A DNA stretch of 59,509 bases, the filler included, from Sphacelaria rigidula (taxonomy: Eukaryota): assembly GCA_964200075.2 (NCBI GenBank). It is 6 parts of 6 records of this genome, joined end to end, with 100 filler letters (N's around TTAATTAATTAA, not from the genome) between each part and the next. Parts side by side here need not be neighbours in the genome. Positions count along the whole stretch, not along the records: positions 19,872 to 29,706 come from CAXNAA020007663.1; positions 29,807 to 39,641 come from CAXNAA020007664.1; 4 more parts are not named here. One strand, written 5' to 3'. The notes beneath the pieces were generated by a model. The model ran no database searches. It worked only from the letters and a program-made list of their open reading frames with translations, and was not told where the DNA came from. Both the position numbers and the translations under genes were made by a program. Every line of letters starts with the position of its first letter. The stretch's first letter is position 1. Shown piece after piece: positions 22,581 to 34,528 of this stretch.

Positions 22581-23123
22581 CACACAAGCCCGCGGCTGCA
22601 AAAAGTGCCAAATGCGATGCTGGACGTCCGCCCGAAAAATGATGAAATTTGCTCGATACCTCCGTGACGGCCGGAGCTCTCACATATACCCATTCGAATC
22701 GCGAGTAAATTGTCCATCTTGATGACTTTATTCATAGTGAACTTCCATTATCACCCCTCATAGCCCCGAGAACATCCGCCTCCGCACAGATTCGGAGTCT
22801 CGCCCCCCTCACCCGCGCAATGTGGCGTTTTGAATACAGCCGTACTCGCCGTTTTTGGCGCACTTTTGTGCGGGTCCGTCCAGAGTCCATCTGAGGTTTC
22901 CCGCGCCGGAAGGGTTAACGTACAGTAGTCGCAGTATTCCGTTTTTTCGAGGTGAAGTCATCACCTCGGCGATCCAATGGTCCGACTATCACCATTAGAC
23001 AGAGTGATGAAAACCTGAGGTCCATTCCCAATGCGTTGGTTTTTCTTTTTCGAAGTATCTGATTTTTCACTCTCGAAAGCGTGAGGACGTGAGGAGACAA
23101 GAAGTATTCGACTGAGTTTGTTT

Positions 23124-23404
23124 GACGGGAATAGTTGACGCGGTGCGGGAGGGAGTCCTGATAGTCATAATCCAATCCGCGAGACCGCTATGCAAGGCGT
23201 GTACCGAGGAGAGATGGGTTGATCCCATCACCCTTTGACCGCGAGGGTAGGTCATCTGCTGAATCGGGATCAACGTTCACTTGAAAAAAGTATGCACGAT
23301 CTAGGTGGACTACCCGTACCGCTGTCTAATAGGTTAAGACAGGCCACGAACTCGTCACGAGGAAGGGGGGTGGAGGGTCCAAAGTGTGACAGAAGAAAAA
23401 AAAA
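23124..23404 (+). mobile_element. 3' end of an A-tailed retroelement, interrupted by a TTAA-family MITE (~23229-23336)
   Basis: Homologous to 51988-52246 (GTTGACGCGGTGCGG...AATCCGCGAGACC...CAAGGCGTGTACCG.GGAGAGATG...CGAGGAAGGGGG), ending in an A-rich tail. Confidence 0.6.
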
Positions 23405-23591
23405 TCATGTCGGGGCTGATTCAGGGGCATGCATGGCTTGTTGTACAAGCAAAATCATACTAGTGATTCGTTTTTTTTTCTTTCTTGTAACAATGTGCTT
23501 TTTATTTATGATTTTATTTCGTCTCTCCCCCCTGATTTGAAATAATCCCAAGTACGATTACTCCCGTTCTCGACCTTTTTTTCTCGTCTCG

Positions 23592-23777
23592 GAATATTCC
23601 ACACCTTGGACAATATATGGTCAACAGTTGCAATGGGCGAGAAGTGTACTGCATAGAGTATAGGCCTATCGCGACGGTTGTCGGCCGGCAATAGTTGCAA
23701 TAGATCTATACTCTATGCAGTACACTTCTCGTCTATTGTATCTATTGACCATATGTTGTCCAGGGTGTGGAATATTC
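23592..23777. mobile_element. Near-perfect ~84-bp-stem hairpin (foldback MITE)
   Basis: GAATATTCCACACCTTGGACAA...TTGTCCAGGGTGTGGAATATTC; a family member lies at 427-586. Confidence 0.8.
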
Positions 23778-23991
23778 TGCACGTGGGCCACAACTCATCC
23801 GTTGGAAACAGGTATCGCTGAGTTGTTTCGAAACATTTCATACGTCGGAGGACTCATGAGTTGACTATGTTACGTGACATAACTCATTCAGTGGCAATAA
23901 GTACCGCTGAGTAATGCCACCTAACTCACCCTGTGCAAATATCTGTAATTTTCGCACCACGCTCGTGGATCATGACCCACTACCGTCACAG

Positions 23992-24611
23992 GCGGAAGCT
24001 CGAAGGCATAACCTGGGCGGCATAGCCGCCACCCGTGCCCTGTACCTCGCCGGAGAGGACGGACACGGGAGGCAGCTAGTTGTGTTTTTTCCGGGTCTTG
24101 CAGCGAATCTCGTACACAATCCCCCGTCCTCTACCGCCAACAACAAGAGCAACGACGACAATGACAGCATCAACGGCGGTGGTGACGGCGTACCAGTCCG
24201 CGGGCGGCAACGGCAAAGGCCACAGCAAATTGCCCAGAGATCCCCCGTACACCGCCGAAAAAAAACATCATTTTTGCGGACATCCTCTTCGCTATCAAGC
24301 GATAATGACCATGATGATGGTGATGCTGCGGAGGGAGGGGGTAGGTGGGCAGTGGATAAAGACCATTCGAGGGGGGGCAGCGGCCGGGGACGGGTTGGGG
24401 ATGGCGGGGCGCGAGTGGCTAGCGAGAGGAGCGTGGGATCTAGCGGCGTAGCCTGGCTTCTCTTGTACTTTGTTTGGCTCATGGATAATGTTGCGGATCG
24501 GAAGTATGTCATGTTGTTCTGTGCGGGAGATGGCGCGCGGGCGGGTGGGGACTGGGTGAACTGGTCGAGGTTCAGCTTGCTTGGAGAGATGCACAGCTTG
24601 TTGCCCCGCAG
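23992..24611 (+). CDS. Internal exon of a BCH/CRAL-TRIO-like domain protein (GDAP2-like C-terminal domain)
   Basis: AEARRHNLGGIAATRALYLAGEDGHGRQLVVF and LLLYFVWLMDNVADRKYVMLF resemble GDAP2 DLSDIASLKALYQTGVDNCGRTVMV and ALLYFIHVMDHIAVKEYVLVYF. Acceptor tcacag|GCG and donor AG|gtgaga. Confidence 0.75.
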
Positions 24612-25942
24612 GTGAGAGGATGTTGAGTTTGTTTATTAACCATTTCACACGAATTCGAGTATCAGGGGAGATGATGATAACAACTTTGTGTAGGCCATGA
24701 CCCCATCCTCACCCCCGCCCCTCGAAGACTCTCAATTGTTATAAAAATCATCGGTAGTGGTATAGTATTGGTAGAACTAGGCCGGCCAACATACTTGACT
24801 TTCGGAAGAAGGGTGACGCCACGCTGAAATTTAAGGAGTTAGACCCTGAAATATTGACACGACGTGTTTATCAAGACGCAAAACTTGTCAAAGGATGCGC
24901 ACGGAGAAGAAATAATGAACAGTGAAAGGTCGGGTTTATTCGAAATTTGAGCAAAAAAGCTAGAAAATGCGGTAACTCCGTGAAAAAAGAAAAAAACGAC
25001 CGTATCCCGTAGCGCTTTACTTTTACTTGCGCGCAGAAGGTCCTGCTAAAATTTTGGGTAAAAGCTAGTGATATTGGGCTGCTCGTCGTGACACTTGTTG
25101 TGTGACACAGCTGGGTGGTCCAACTGATGCAAGAGACTTCAATCACGCAGGTCACGACCTCGAATCCCGACATGTTTTGTTCTTTTTCCACATGAGGTAG
25201 CAGTCCCCCCCTCCTATATATATATTTTTTGTTCAATCTCAACAAAGCCATGTCGAATCCTACACCAGGCGAGCAGGTGCTTGGCCATTACAACGACAGT
25301 GCAAGATTCAGTTGGCTCTAACCATCAAAGTTGCTGAGATCATCCATGATTATCAAGATCTACAGTATTTGAATCCGTCGGCTTCGTCCAATCCATCGCC
25401 TTTCAACGCGCCCACGCTGGCCGACATACAGATAATCAAAACGAATTACTTCGCCTGGCCGTGCACCATGCGCTATTTCTTCACGTGGCCTTGAAACCAT
25501 CTTGCCAGCTTTCGAATATACACAATGAAGGCACTGCTTAACGAACTGCTGACGAGCTTGATGCCATCTCGCAGCATTACTGATGCGCTTTTGACTGTGT
25601 ACATCGGGTTGTCAGGTACCCGTGCGGCGAAATTTTCTGTCGTGATTCCGCCGCGTTTTGTAAAAAGACACGTCTCTAAACACGCTATCGCGCCATGATA
25701 CGAGACATACCCGGTACTCAATGCAGTACAATAACATCATAGCCAAAACTGCGCCAATCGAGCATCGGCGGAGCTGTATGTTATGAGGTAGGTCTGTGGC
25801 TCCCTGCGATATGCTTAATTCGGCTTATTCGGGAAACTGACGAAGTTGTGGTTGGCCCACGGTTTCTAGGGTTTACGACCGCCCCAGCTCGTACTGCTGT
25901 CGTTGTTGTTATAAGACACAGTCGGACAATGAGTGTGACGTA

Positions 25943-26235
25943 TTCTACCCGGACGGTGGGTGTGTGTAGGTTGTAGCTTCTCACTCGGTGAAAGGGTACG
26001 GAGTGTGCGTAGCCGCGACGTGGACTTGGACAGGACGGACTTTGCAAGTCAGGGTTTGGGTTGAAACACAGAGTGTGTCCGGAGGGGGGGCTCCAGACAA
26101 GGAGCCTCCCAGACGGGAATATGATGAGCCCAGACTGGGGATTGGAGGATGACAGTCCCAGAGGGACAGGCCCGGGAAGACAGTCCGGGTTGTAGTTATT
26201 AGTAAGCGGGTCGGGTCATACAGAGGTCGTCATGA

Positions 26236-26284
<49 letters not shown>

Positions 26285-26606
26285 GCTATTGTCGTCATTG
26301 CCGATGTTACGATTGTTGCGATTACAATCATCAATATCATTGTTGTCATTGTGACCTCTAAATGACCCGACCCGCTTACTAATACGTGCTACTCGAACCG
26401 TCTTCCCGGGCCTGTCACCCTGGGACTGCCATCCTCCAATCCCCAGTCTGGGCTCGTCATGCTCCCGTAGGTTACTCTGTATTCTAATCCTGAGCCTAGC
26501 CTTGCAAGCCCGTCCTATACAAGTTCACGTCGCGTCTCTACACACTCCGTACCCTTTCACCGGGTAAGGAGCTGCAACCTAGACACAGCCACGTCTAGGC
26601 AAGAGT
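25943..26606. mobile_element. Foldback element with ~290-bp arms and a (TTG)n loop
   Basis: Paired segments GGTGAAAGGGTACGGAGTGTG / CACACTCCGTACCCTTTCACC, GAGCCCAGACTGGGGATTGGAGGATG / CATCCTCCAATCCCCAGTCTGGGCTC and TATTAGTAAGCGGGTCGGGTCAT / ATGACCCGACCCGCTTACTAATA. Confidence 0.85.
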
Positions 26607-26821
26607 ATTCTTCAGGCATGCTAGCCCGATTTCTCGAACCCGTGGTCACAGACGTAGACTCGCCTTTCTGGTACCGTCACTACTACTATTCCTTACATGA
26701 GATAGAAGCGCTATTGGGCGGCTTCTTCTGAAACTCCACAATGGAAGCAAAACTGAAGAATATGAGAGGGAAAGATGTCGAGAAAACAGCAGAGGAATAA
26801 CACCCCCCGGGTTGGCCGAGG

Positions 26822-26863
26822 TGTACTCATTTGTTGCTTGCCCTAGTCGTTTGGCCATTGACT
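26822..26863 (-). mobile_element. 42-bp 5'-truncated copy of the C-tailed retroelement
   Basis: Flanked by a perfect 15-bp TSD CCGGGTTGGCCGAGG (26807-26821 and 26864-26878). Confidence 0.8.
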
Positions 26864-27969
26864 CCGGGTTGGCCGAGGGGTTATAAAACAAGTGAAATTG
26901 ATCTGCCAATATAGAGTAGAGTAAAGGGGCGCGAGAGACGTACTCGTAGCAGTAAGTAGAACAATAAAAAGCTGATGTTGAGGAAACACTTGACAAGCCC
27001 GGCAGAAATCACTTGATACCTGTTTTCTATCCAAGTGACCCGATTGAACAACGCCTCCTGCATTCAGGGATGATTCCTCCACCGAGGATACATGACTGCT
27101 GCGCTATAATAGCTGTCGGTCCTGGTTGTCATGATCCCTGTGCTCACGACGGTTTCATGTCTGGGCTCACTGCAATTGATACTGTGGAGCATGACTGTCT
27201 TCAACTGGAGCACTACAGTCGGTGTAGCTTAAAAAAAAAAGCGTCGAAATCCTGCATATTGTCGAAAAGGGACACTACTGAGTATGTGAGAGAACAGTGC
27301 TTTGGTTGAACAGTATCGCGTGGCGGAGTGCACGATGCGTTACCGTGGGAGACGGTTGCTCGCACAGAGGCATTGCTCAGCTTCCCTCTCTTCTTGTTGT
27401 TCCAAGCCTTACTCCAAACCTCTCCCCTCCCCCCCCCTCGGGGTTGGTGTTGGCAGTGTTATTCCTTTTCGATAATTGGAGGCATTAGCGTCGGAGACGT
27501 GAACGTTCCAATAGCTTGAGTCATGTTCCGCAGTTTCATTTCTCTTGTCATCAGAGAGGAGGTCACTGTAGGAAGAGGGGTAGGCACTGTCAGCTTCAAC
27601 AGGTGGCTTCACGGGCGATGCCCCACGGTGGAAAAGGTCGCATCACGCACGAGATCTGTCACAGCACATATCGCAAGTGATTGCTGCTGAAAAGATGTCT
27701 GTTAACGCTAGAACGGGGGCGAAGTTGGTGCGGGGTTCTCCACATGCGAGCCCCACCCCGTGCGCATCCCTCTTGGAACACACACGTACAGAATACACTG
27801 CTTGCTGTCTGTGTTCGCTGCTGCGTACCAACCGCAGCAGTGACGCCTTGGGCGGTACTACGTGCTCACTGCACAGCGGCAGGGTGCAGGGCGACTCATC
27901 ACACGGCAGAACGTCAGATCCTTACAGGCTGGTTCAGGCATATCACTCGAAAACACGCATCGGCAATAC

Positions 27970-28243
27970 CTCACGCCGTTTTAAGGAGTTAGACCCTGAA
28001 ATTTTTGCACAGACGTTCTATGGGGCATTACGCAACTTTCGAAGGTCGAGATTTTTCAACCTTTTGACTTTTTCACCGTTTTTCGGGGGTCCCGTTTTTC
28101 CCGGGAAACATCGATCCAATCGGACCCCCAAAAACCGGTAAATAAAACGAAACAAGAGAAAACCTCGTTCATTCTATGTTGCGTAATGACCCATAGCACA
28201 GCAGTGCGAAATTTCAGGGTCTAAATCCTCAAAACGGCGTGAG
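27970..28243. mobile_element. Inverted-repeat element (CTCACGCCGTTTT...AAAACGGCGTGAG), with related arms near 24830-24860 and 28570-28640
   Basis: CACGCCGTTTTAAGGAGTTAGACCCTGAAATTT pairs with AAATTTCAGGGTCTAAATCCTCAAAACGGCGTG. Confidence 0.7.
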
Positions 28244-29706
28244 GTTTTTCGCTTTTATGCAATGAACTTTGACGTGCCGCGGTGAAACCGCAAACTGCTT
28301 GATTTTAGTGCCAAAACGGCGTTTTTGGGCCTTCTATGACGTGAACATAAAAATTCAAGCATCAGTTGATCGATATTTGCGACAAAAGTTTGTGGGACTC
28401 TTCCTCGGGTTGTGCGGGGACAGCTCGCTCAAGAAAAAATGAAAAAAAATATCGTCGTGCCGGTTTTCCCGGGTCCCAGAATGGAGACTACTTCGAAAAA
28501 CGACTTGGACCCCCATCGGACCCCCGATAAACGGTGAAAAACTCAAGAAGTAAAAAAACATGATCCATAGAAAGTTGCGTAATGATACATGGTATATCTT
28601 TGCAAAGTTTCAGGATCTAACTCCCAACAACGGCGTGAAGGTTTGCGCGTTTGTGGAGGACGTGGGCTTGAAACGTGCAACTCCTAACTACGTAGTTTTA
28701 GTATAGAAACGTCTTTTGAGGTGAACTTCACGTCAAGACAAGAACAACTGCATGAGGTTTTCGAGTTTCTGCACCAAACTTTGTACATGTGTTCCCTGGG
28801 CTATCCCGGGACGCATCATTTTTTTTTTTTTCTTTGAGGGCATTCTGTACCGCCTTCCGGGGGTCTTCATACCGGGACCCTCGGAAGCCGGTAGAGAACG
28901 GAGAAACCATAAAAAAATTTGTCGAAAACATTTTTTTTTCCGTTTGGAGCATCAATACCTACGAAACTGCCAAGTTTGAAGGCGATCTGAGTTTTTCTAC
29001 AACAGATGAGGGGACACCGTCGCGAGGCTCCCTGGGTCTGTCATGCGTATCATTGGTGCAAATTAGACGATGCCAACACCCAACATCACCGGAACATCAC
29101 GGTTTGGGGTATAATTCGACCCCGTAGCAACAGTTTTCGAATACATATTTTTCGTTAGATTCCCGAGCCGATGACGGTTACTACGATTTGAAGCATGTGA
29201 AGATTGGGTGGAAATTGGGCTTGGAATTTGTAGTTTCGATCTCGGAACAATTTGATGGGCGCTGATTGGTCGATATACCTTTTCACCCTTAGCGCTACCA
29301 CTATGGCCTTACTCTCAAATCCGGCTATATCACGCTCTTCAGCTGTCCATGGCGGTCAGAATGATATCATGTATACGACTATTGGGTAGGTATTTTGAAA
29401 GGCATTCGCTGATGACACAATTTTTGGTGATATGCGTGAGCTAGCCCTGTAGCTTATCCCTATACTGCAATGAGTCTCCTCTGTCTCATGCAGTTCGCCA
29501 CAACATGAACACAGTCACTTGTGCTGCGGCGGCCAGCGTGTGCGTGGGATATCGCTACGCCACATTTTCACGGTTGAGATGAATCATCACGGGTTCGAAT
29601 CACCAAATCCACGATTTCTTCGGCCCTGAATGCCCACAAGGGAGAAAAAAAGTTGACCGCTGGTCCAAGGGGTATCCACGCAACTTTTGCGCCATCCCAC
29701 GTGTCT

Positions 29707-29806
29707 NNNNNNNNNNNNNNNNNNNNNNNNNNNNNNNNNNNNNNNNNNNNTTAATTAATTAANNNNNNNNNNNNNNNNNNNNNNNNNNNNNNNNNNNNNN
29801 NNNNNN
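29707..29806. other. Artificial 100-bp contig spacer
   Basis: N44-TTAATTAATTAA-N44. Confidence 0.97.
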
Positions 29807-29908
29807 CCTGTGTTGACCTTCCTCCTGTGTGACGCCGGCCGATGCACCCACATACACCGAAAGAGGTAGACTGGTGCCCAGAATAAATGGGACGAGAACA
29901 CAACACAA
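29807..29908 (+). mobile_element. 3' part of the tRNA-derived SINE at the contig start
   Basis: CCTGTGTTGACCTTCCTCCTGTGTGAC...CACATACACCGAAAG...CCAGAATAAATGGGACGA followed by an AC-rich tail. Confidence 0.75.
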
Positions 29909-31021
29909 TCCCAACCCCAATCCATCCCGAGAACCCTCGGGCCAGGGAGGTGCACAGAGTTCCCTAGCATAATATGGCGTTGGTAGCCCTTAAACCTGCG
30001 ACTGTCTGTGGCGTCGATTCGAACGAAAACGCAATCTGTGCACTCTAGGAACACACTGGACCGTCAAGTCCCACTAAATCGTACTCGCACCATGCATGGC
30101 AAGGGAAATCCTGGAAAAGTGCGTTTCTGCGTCCTCCTCACACCGAAAGCCTGCATGGTACTACATTGTTGCATGTATATTAACCGCTCGTTATCGCTGC
30201 CATCGTGGTACTCGTTCATCAACGTTTGACACCCGTCGACACATGAGCGCACCTGTAGAACGATTGTGGCCTGACGGGTTGGACTGTGTCCAATCAATAA
30301 AACAACTGACCGGTAGAGTAGTCCAGCACTGGCGCCGTTTGGACATGGTAGTGCAGCAGTATACGAAGTACCTATACAATCCAGGGAGCAACTGAAATTC
30401 TCGCTTGAGGGTAATCAGCGAAAACAAGATGATAGATTTGGTACTTCCCATCCTACCCGGGCTTAGGGCCTACCGTAACGGGAAGTGAAAAAGAAGCAGC
30501 GTGGAACGATACGAGCGTCCACAAGCAGTATGTTGAGTAGTTGCCGCAACCATAGACCCCGCCCGGCGACCAATCAACATGCTGCTTTTCGGACACTTGT
30601 TTCGTTCTACCCCGAAGTGTGCCCTTGACTGGCAGTGTATATGATGGATTGGCGTCGCTGCCATCACCATATAACGGCAGTATCCATGCGCTCCGTCACT
30701 GTTTTTTCTGTACTCTCACGCTCGAAAGTTCTCGCCGGGTGAACTCAACTGTCTGTGCCTTCTACTTTGAACTTGAGTGTTCAGTGTTCAGTACTGTCTG
30801 TATTTTTGTCTGTTAACAGTTAACTGTACGTCGCATACCATTTGTCAAATATTCTGTGCTGTTAAAAGACAACAGTCGCACGTCCTCCAACAAAGATTTA
30901 AAGATTGCCGTGACTCATTCTACGACAGTACAGCAAAAAACATGACGATAACAGCATGACTACCCTATAAGTGTACCATGTTATGAACTGTCTACGCTGC
31001 CATAATAGTACACGTACTCAC

Positions 31022-31426
31022 GTGCAGGGTGCTTGCAACTGCCTCTCGAGTGCTCTGCACCAGCTCCGCACCGTCCGACCTGATGCCATCGACCAACGTG
31101 ATCATGAATTGGTTAAAATCTTCTGTCGGTACCCCAGGGTAGCCATCATCACCAACAGCGCCAACATTATCCCTGTTGACTCTCTCTTGAGGGATTTCAC
31201 GATATATACTTTGCTCTGGAGGTGGGCTTCGTCCTCGCCGTCTTGCCAGTCCAGGCGCCTTTTCGGTGGGCTGGCACTGAAACTGTTCCGAATTGTGGGT
31301 AATTTGGACTCGCGGTGATGATGCGATGGGGTTGACAGAGGTGGCACGAGGAGACAAGGAAAAGAAGGTCTGCCGTCGCTGGCTTTCGTCTATCTTGGAT
31401 ACTCTTTTGACTCTCCTTGAGGCCAT
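31022..31426 (-). CDS. Putative first coding exon of an unknown protein (MASRRVKRVSKIDESQ...STLH)
   Basis: 135 open codons from agtATGGCC to a consensus donor CAC|gtgagt, with protein-like composition. No family was recognised. Confidence 0.55.
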
Positions 31427-31931
31427 ACTATCGTTGTTGCTGTCGTCGTTGTTGTGAGTGTTGTCGTCGCCACTGTCGTTGTGATGTGCTCTTCACTTTC
31501 TACACGGTGCTCAGTGTGGTGGTATAGTATCACGTATTCAGCCGAGATTTTCTGAACGTCCGTTGGGTATTTATTTTTCGCGCTTTTCAAAAGTCACTTG
31601 GATTTTTTGACGTACGTGCAAGACGAAAAACATGCCTGCATTATTATACGTACAAACCATGACCTATTTCTAAGAATGTACAAACCTTAACAGTTGTTCA
31701 ACACACACCCCGCCATCCTCACAGCGGCAGCATCTCCAGCAAATTTCAGTTTCCTCGCAGCGTCTGCGCCCCATTGTCACCCCAAGGGCATAACACACCC
31801 TACCCGACGCACACAGCTACTCCTTATCTCTTCTACACATTGAATTCGAACGCCGCATTGTACGTCTCGAGCCATAGGCGAAGGGTCTGTGTGTGTGTGT
31901 GTGTGCCGGGAGTTTTGAAAAAGTACTGCAC

Positions 31932-32055
31932 ATGATGGCTGTCTCTCGTCAGGAGTGGAGCGTGATGCGCATCGGCCAAAAGCGATCGTCAACAAGCTTG
32001 GAGTTTTTCGGCGGGCCGACGGTGTCGGGAGTGCAACAACGATGCTACAACAACG
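31932..32055 (+). CDS. Putative exon 1 of the KEN-box/D-box/MR-tail protein (MMAVSRQEWSVMRIGQKRSS...CYNNG)
   Basis: ATG at 31932. The donor G|gtgagc (phase 1) matches the phase-1 acceptor at 33873. Confidence 0.5.
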
Positions 32056-32639
32056 GTGAGCTTTGCCTTTGGGGAAAAGGTGGAGGATGTGGGTTGCGCG
32101 GCGAAGATGAAGGGGAAAGTCAGCGAGATCGACTGCATCTGGTAATTCAAACATGCCCCAACAAATTCTACGCAAAACTCGGATGGGAAATTTCGAAAAT
32201 GTGGATACTGTCAGGCATACACAATCCAACAACCCATTCCTGTTTGAAACGACCGAGCTTCACTCGGTTGGCAACTTACACACTCATGCCCTGACCTACC
32301 CACCCTGTGAAAACTGGGGTGCGATGTCTGTCAAGGATGAGTGATGTGGCTCTAGAGGAGGCAAGTGGTTGAGCGACGGCAACACGTGTTGGTAGCGCGC
32401 GGCATTTGAACCACTTCTTTACACAAAAAAAATCTAAATTTGAATCTGTACATTGGGCGGTCTGCCTTTTCCTCATGTAACGGCTTGCGAAGGTTTGCCC
32501 GAGGCACGGATGTGATTACTATAGCCTTCATCGTGCTAGGCTCTGAGGATGAGCTAGTCGGCCTAAAGCCAGAGCACCGTAGCCCAAGCTCGGGAGTTCC
32601 CGCGTACAGATATCTCGTCTCTCCCGGTTGATGATGTTA

Positions 32640-32990
32640 TTGACTTATTTCCAAATTGGATCAATTTCGCGTATACACTGAATGCAGACGCCCAAGAATC
32701 AGAAGTCGCTGTCCGGGCCCTCCGTGATTTTCAAAACGTTGCCGGTGTGTCGATGCTGTCGTGGCCTCACTGCGTAGCCCTTTGATTCCAGTGCAGCTTT
32801 CCTTCATCTCTCAACTCATATTCTGCCCCTAGACACGCTCGAGAAGCTTAGCCCTGCGCAGAGAGGTTACATTGTGCTGTGCCGACGAGCTTTACTCCAT
32901 GCCTCGTACAGTCGTCGGTTCACCCCGAAAATGTGAGGACTCGGAACTGGGATTCAGATTCGACCGAGCATATTCCAAAATCCGCGCATA
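32640..32990 (-). pseudogene. Possible highly decayed tyrosine-recombinase (DIRS/Crypton-like) relic in an intron
   Basis: Minus-strand fragments RVLTFSG*TDDCTRHGVKLVGT and WASAFSVYA resemble the YR motifs V.FRgSKgDQ.R.G and GRW.SDAF.VY in the expected order. The region has many stops and frameshifts. Confidence 0.25.
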
Positions 32991-33872
32991 GCAGTCTACC
33001 GTACCGTGTGCTCGGACCGAGCTGACGGGCTTCGCCTTGGATGCATTTGCGACTAGATTTCGAATCGGCTCACGCTAGCGAAAATATACAGCATGGCAAG
33101 ATGAGATTTACACAGATAACCGCTGCCCGCATCACATTTTGAACTCGTTTCTTTGAATTGCCCTGTCCGTGTGACGACCGCTACCCGTAGACCCGGATTT
33201 CAAATGTAGCGGGCAACCCCCAGCCCGGGACACATAAACCGGTTGCATCATCGTGTAGTATCATAACATACATCCGAGATGCAGCGCTGCCTGGGCGCAG
33301 CTTCACATGCGTGCTGCGAAGATTGATGGTGTGACTACCTTCCACTGGGGACACGGATTCATGACAAGATAACACAGGGCTGTTGAACCTGTACTACTGC
33401 TGTATTACATCACACATGTGATGCGAAATCGTGTCACAATTGACGCGTTAAGGCCAATACTTCTTGGAGCCGTTCAGAAATATTTTGGTGAAACTGTTTA
33501 CTCCGACTTTTGCCTGCCGCAATTTTGGACGAAGACGAAAATAAAAATATACATTGCATAAGTACATATCTTGACGCGACCTATTATGGGAGTTTGCCCA
33601 AGATGTATCGGTATCATGTACAAACTGGAGAAATGCGTGAGGAAGTCTCAAACACATCATTGTGAAATGTGCCGCGGGATGTGGCGGCAACAACTAAAAG
33701 GAGCTACCACCAGGTATCGAAATAGGCGTAGAGGACATTTGATGGCTTCGAACCCGCAGACAAGTACTAGTTCGTAGCAGTACACTCCCTGGAAGATGTA
33801 TGAAGTGTTCTTACCCCGCCTTCCCTTCCCTACTCGCGCCATCTCATGATGTTTTGCCCTCCGCACAAACAG

Positions 33873-34528
33873 GTATTGCGTACCAAAAGCTCACGTCATC
33901 CGTGGAGAAATGCGATGCAGCGCTCTCCGCAGCAGCACCACCGTCCGCACCACCAGCGCCAACTGAGTCGATCGAGACCCCGGGAGTGACCACCGCCGAG
34001 AACGGTTCCAGCCGACGGCGTAAGCGCCCGGCGCCCGAGACTACGCGCGCAAAATTTCACTCCGATAAAAACATGAATAAAAACAAGGAGAACATAGACC
34101 CGCAAACCGGGCGGATCCCGACGTCGGCAGTATCATCTCGCCCCCAGCAAGAGCAGCAACAGCGACAGCAGGTGCGGCAACCGATTCTCAAAATATCGCG
34201 GCGTTCTCCGGCGGCGAGGCTAGAAGCGGGTGCCGATGGCGCCCCGCCCCCGCGGAAGAGGCACACCAGCGACAGGCGCTCGCGCGCCGGTAGGTCGGTC
34301 TTGGCGTGCGCTGCTACCGCTGCTGCTGCTGCGGCGGCGGCGGCGGCCTGTGCTTCTGTAGGTGACTTTGGAGCTGGCAGTGCTGCCGCCGCCGTCAAGG
34401 ACCAAGGCTCACGGCAGCCGCTACGGACGCTGTGGACGCCCGATGAGAAGAGCTTCGGCAACAGGGTCCTTGGTGGCCGGCCTCCGATGACCAATTTCTG
34501 TCTTACGGCGCTTCGCACCATGCGGTGA
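33873..34528 (+). CDS. Terminal exon of a disordered protein with a KEN box, RxxL D-box-like motif and C-terminal MR tail
   Basis: Acceptor caaacag|GT and a GC-rich open frame of 218 codons containing NKENIDP and RQPLRTL, ending LTALRTMR*. Confidence 0.7.

Noticed and set aside
33873-33905. J-domain helix (GIAYQKLT)
   Set aside because: No HPD motif or other J-domain exon was found upstream on this contig.
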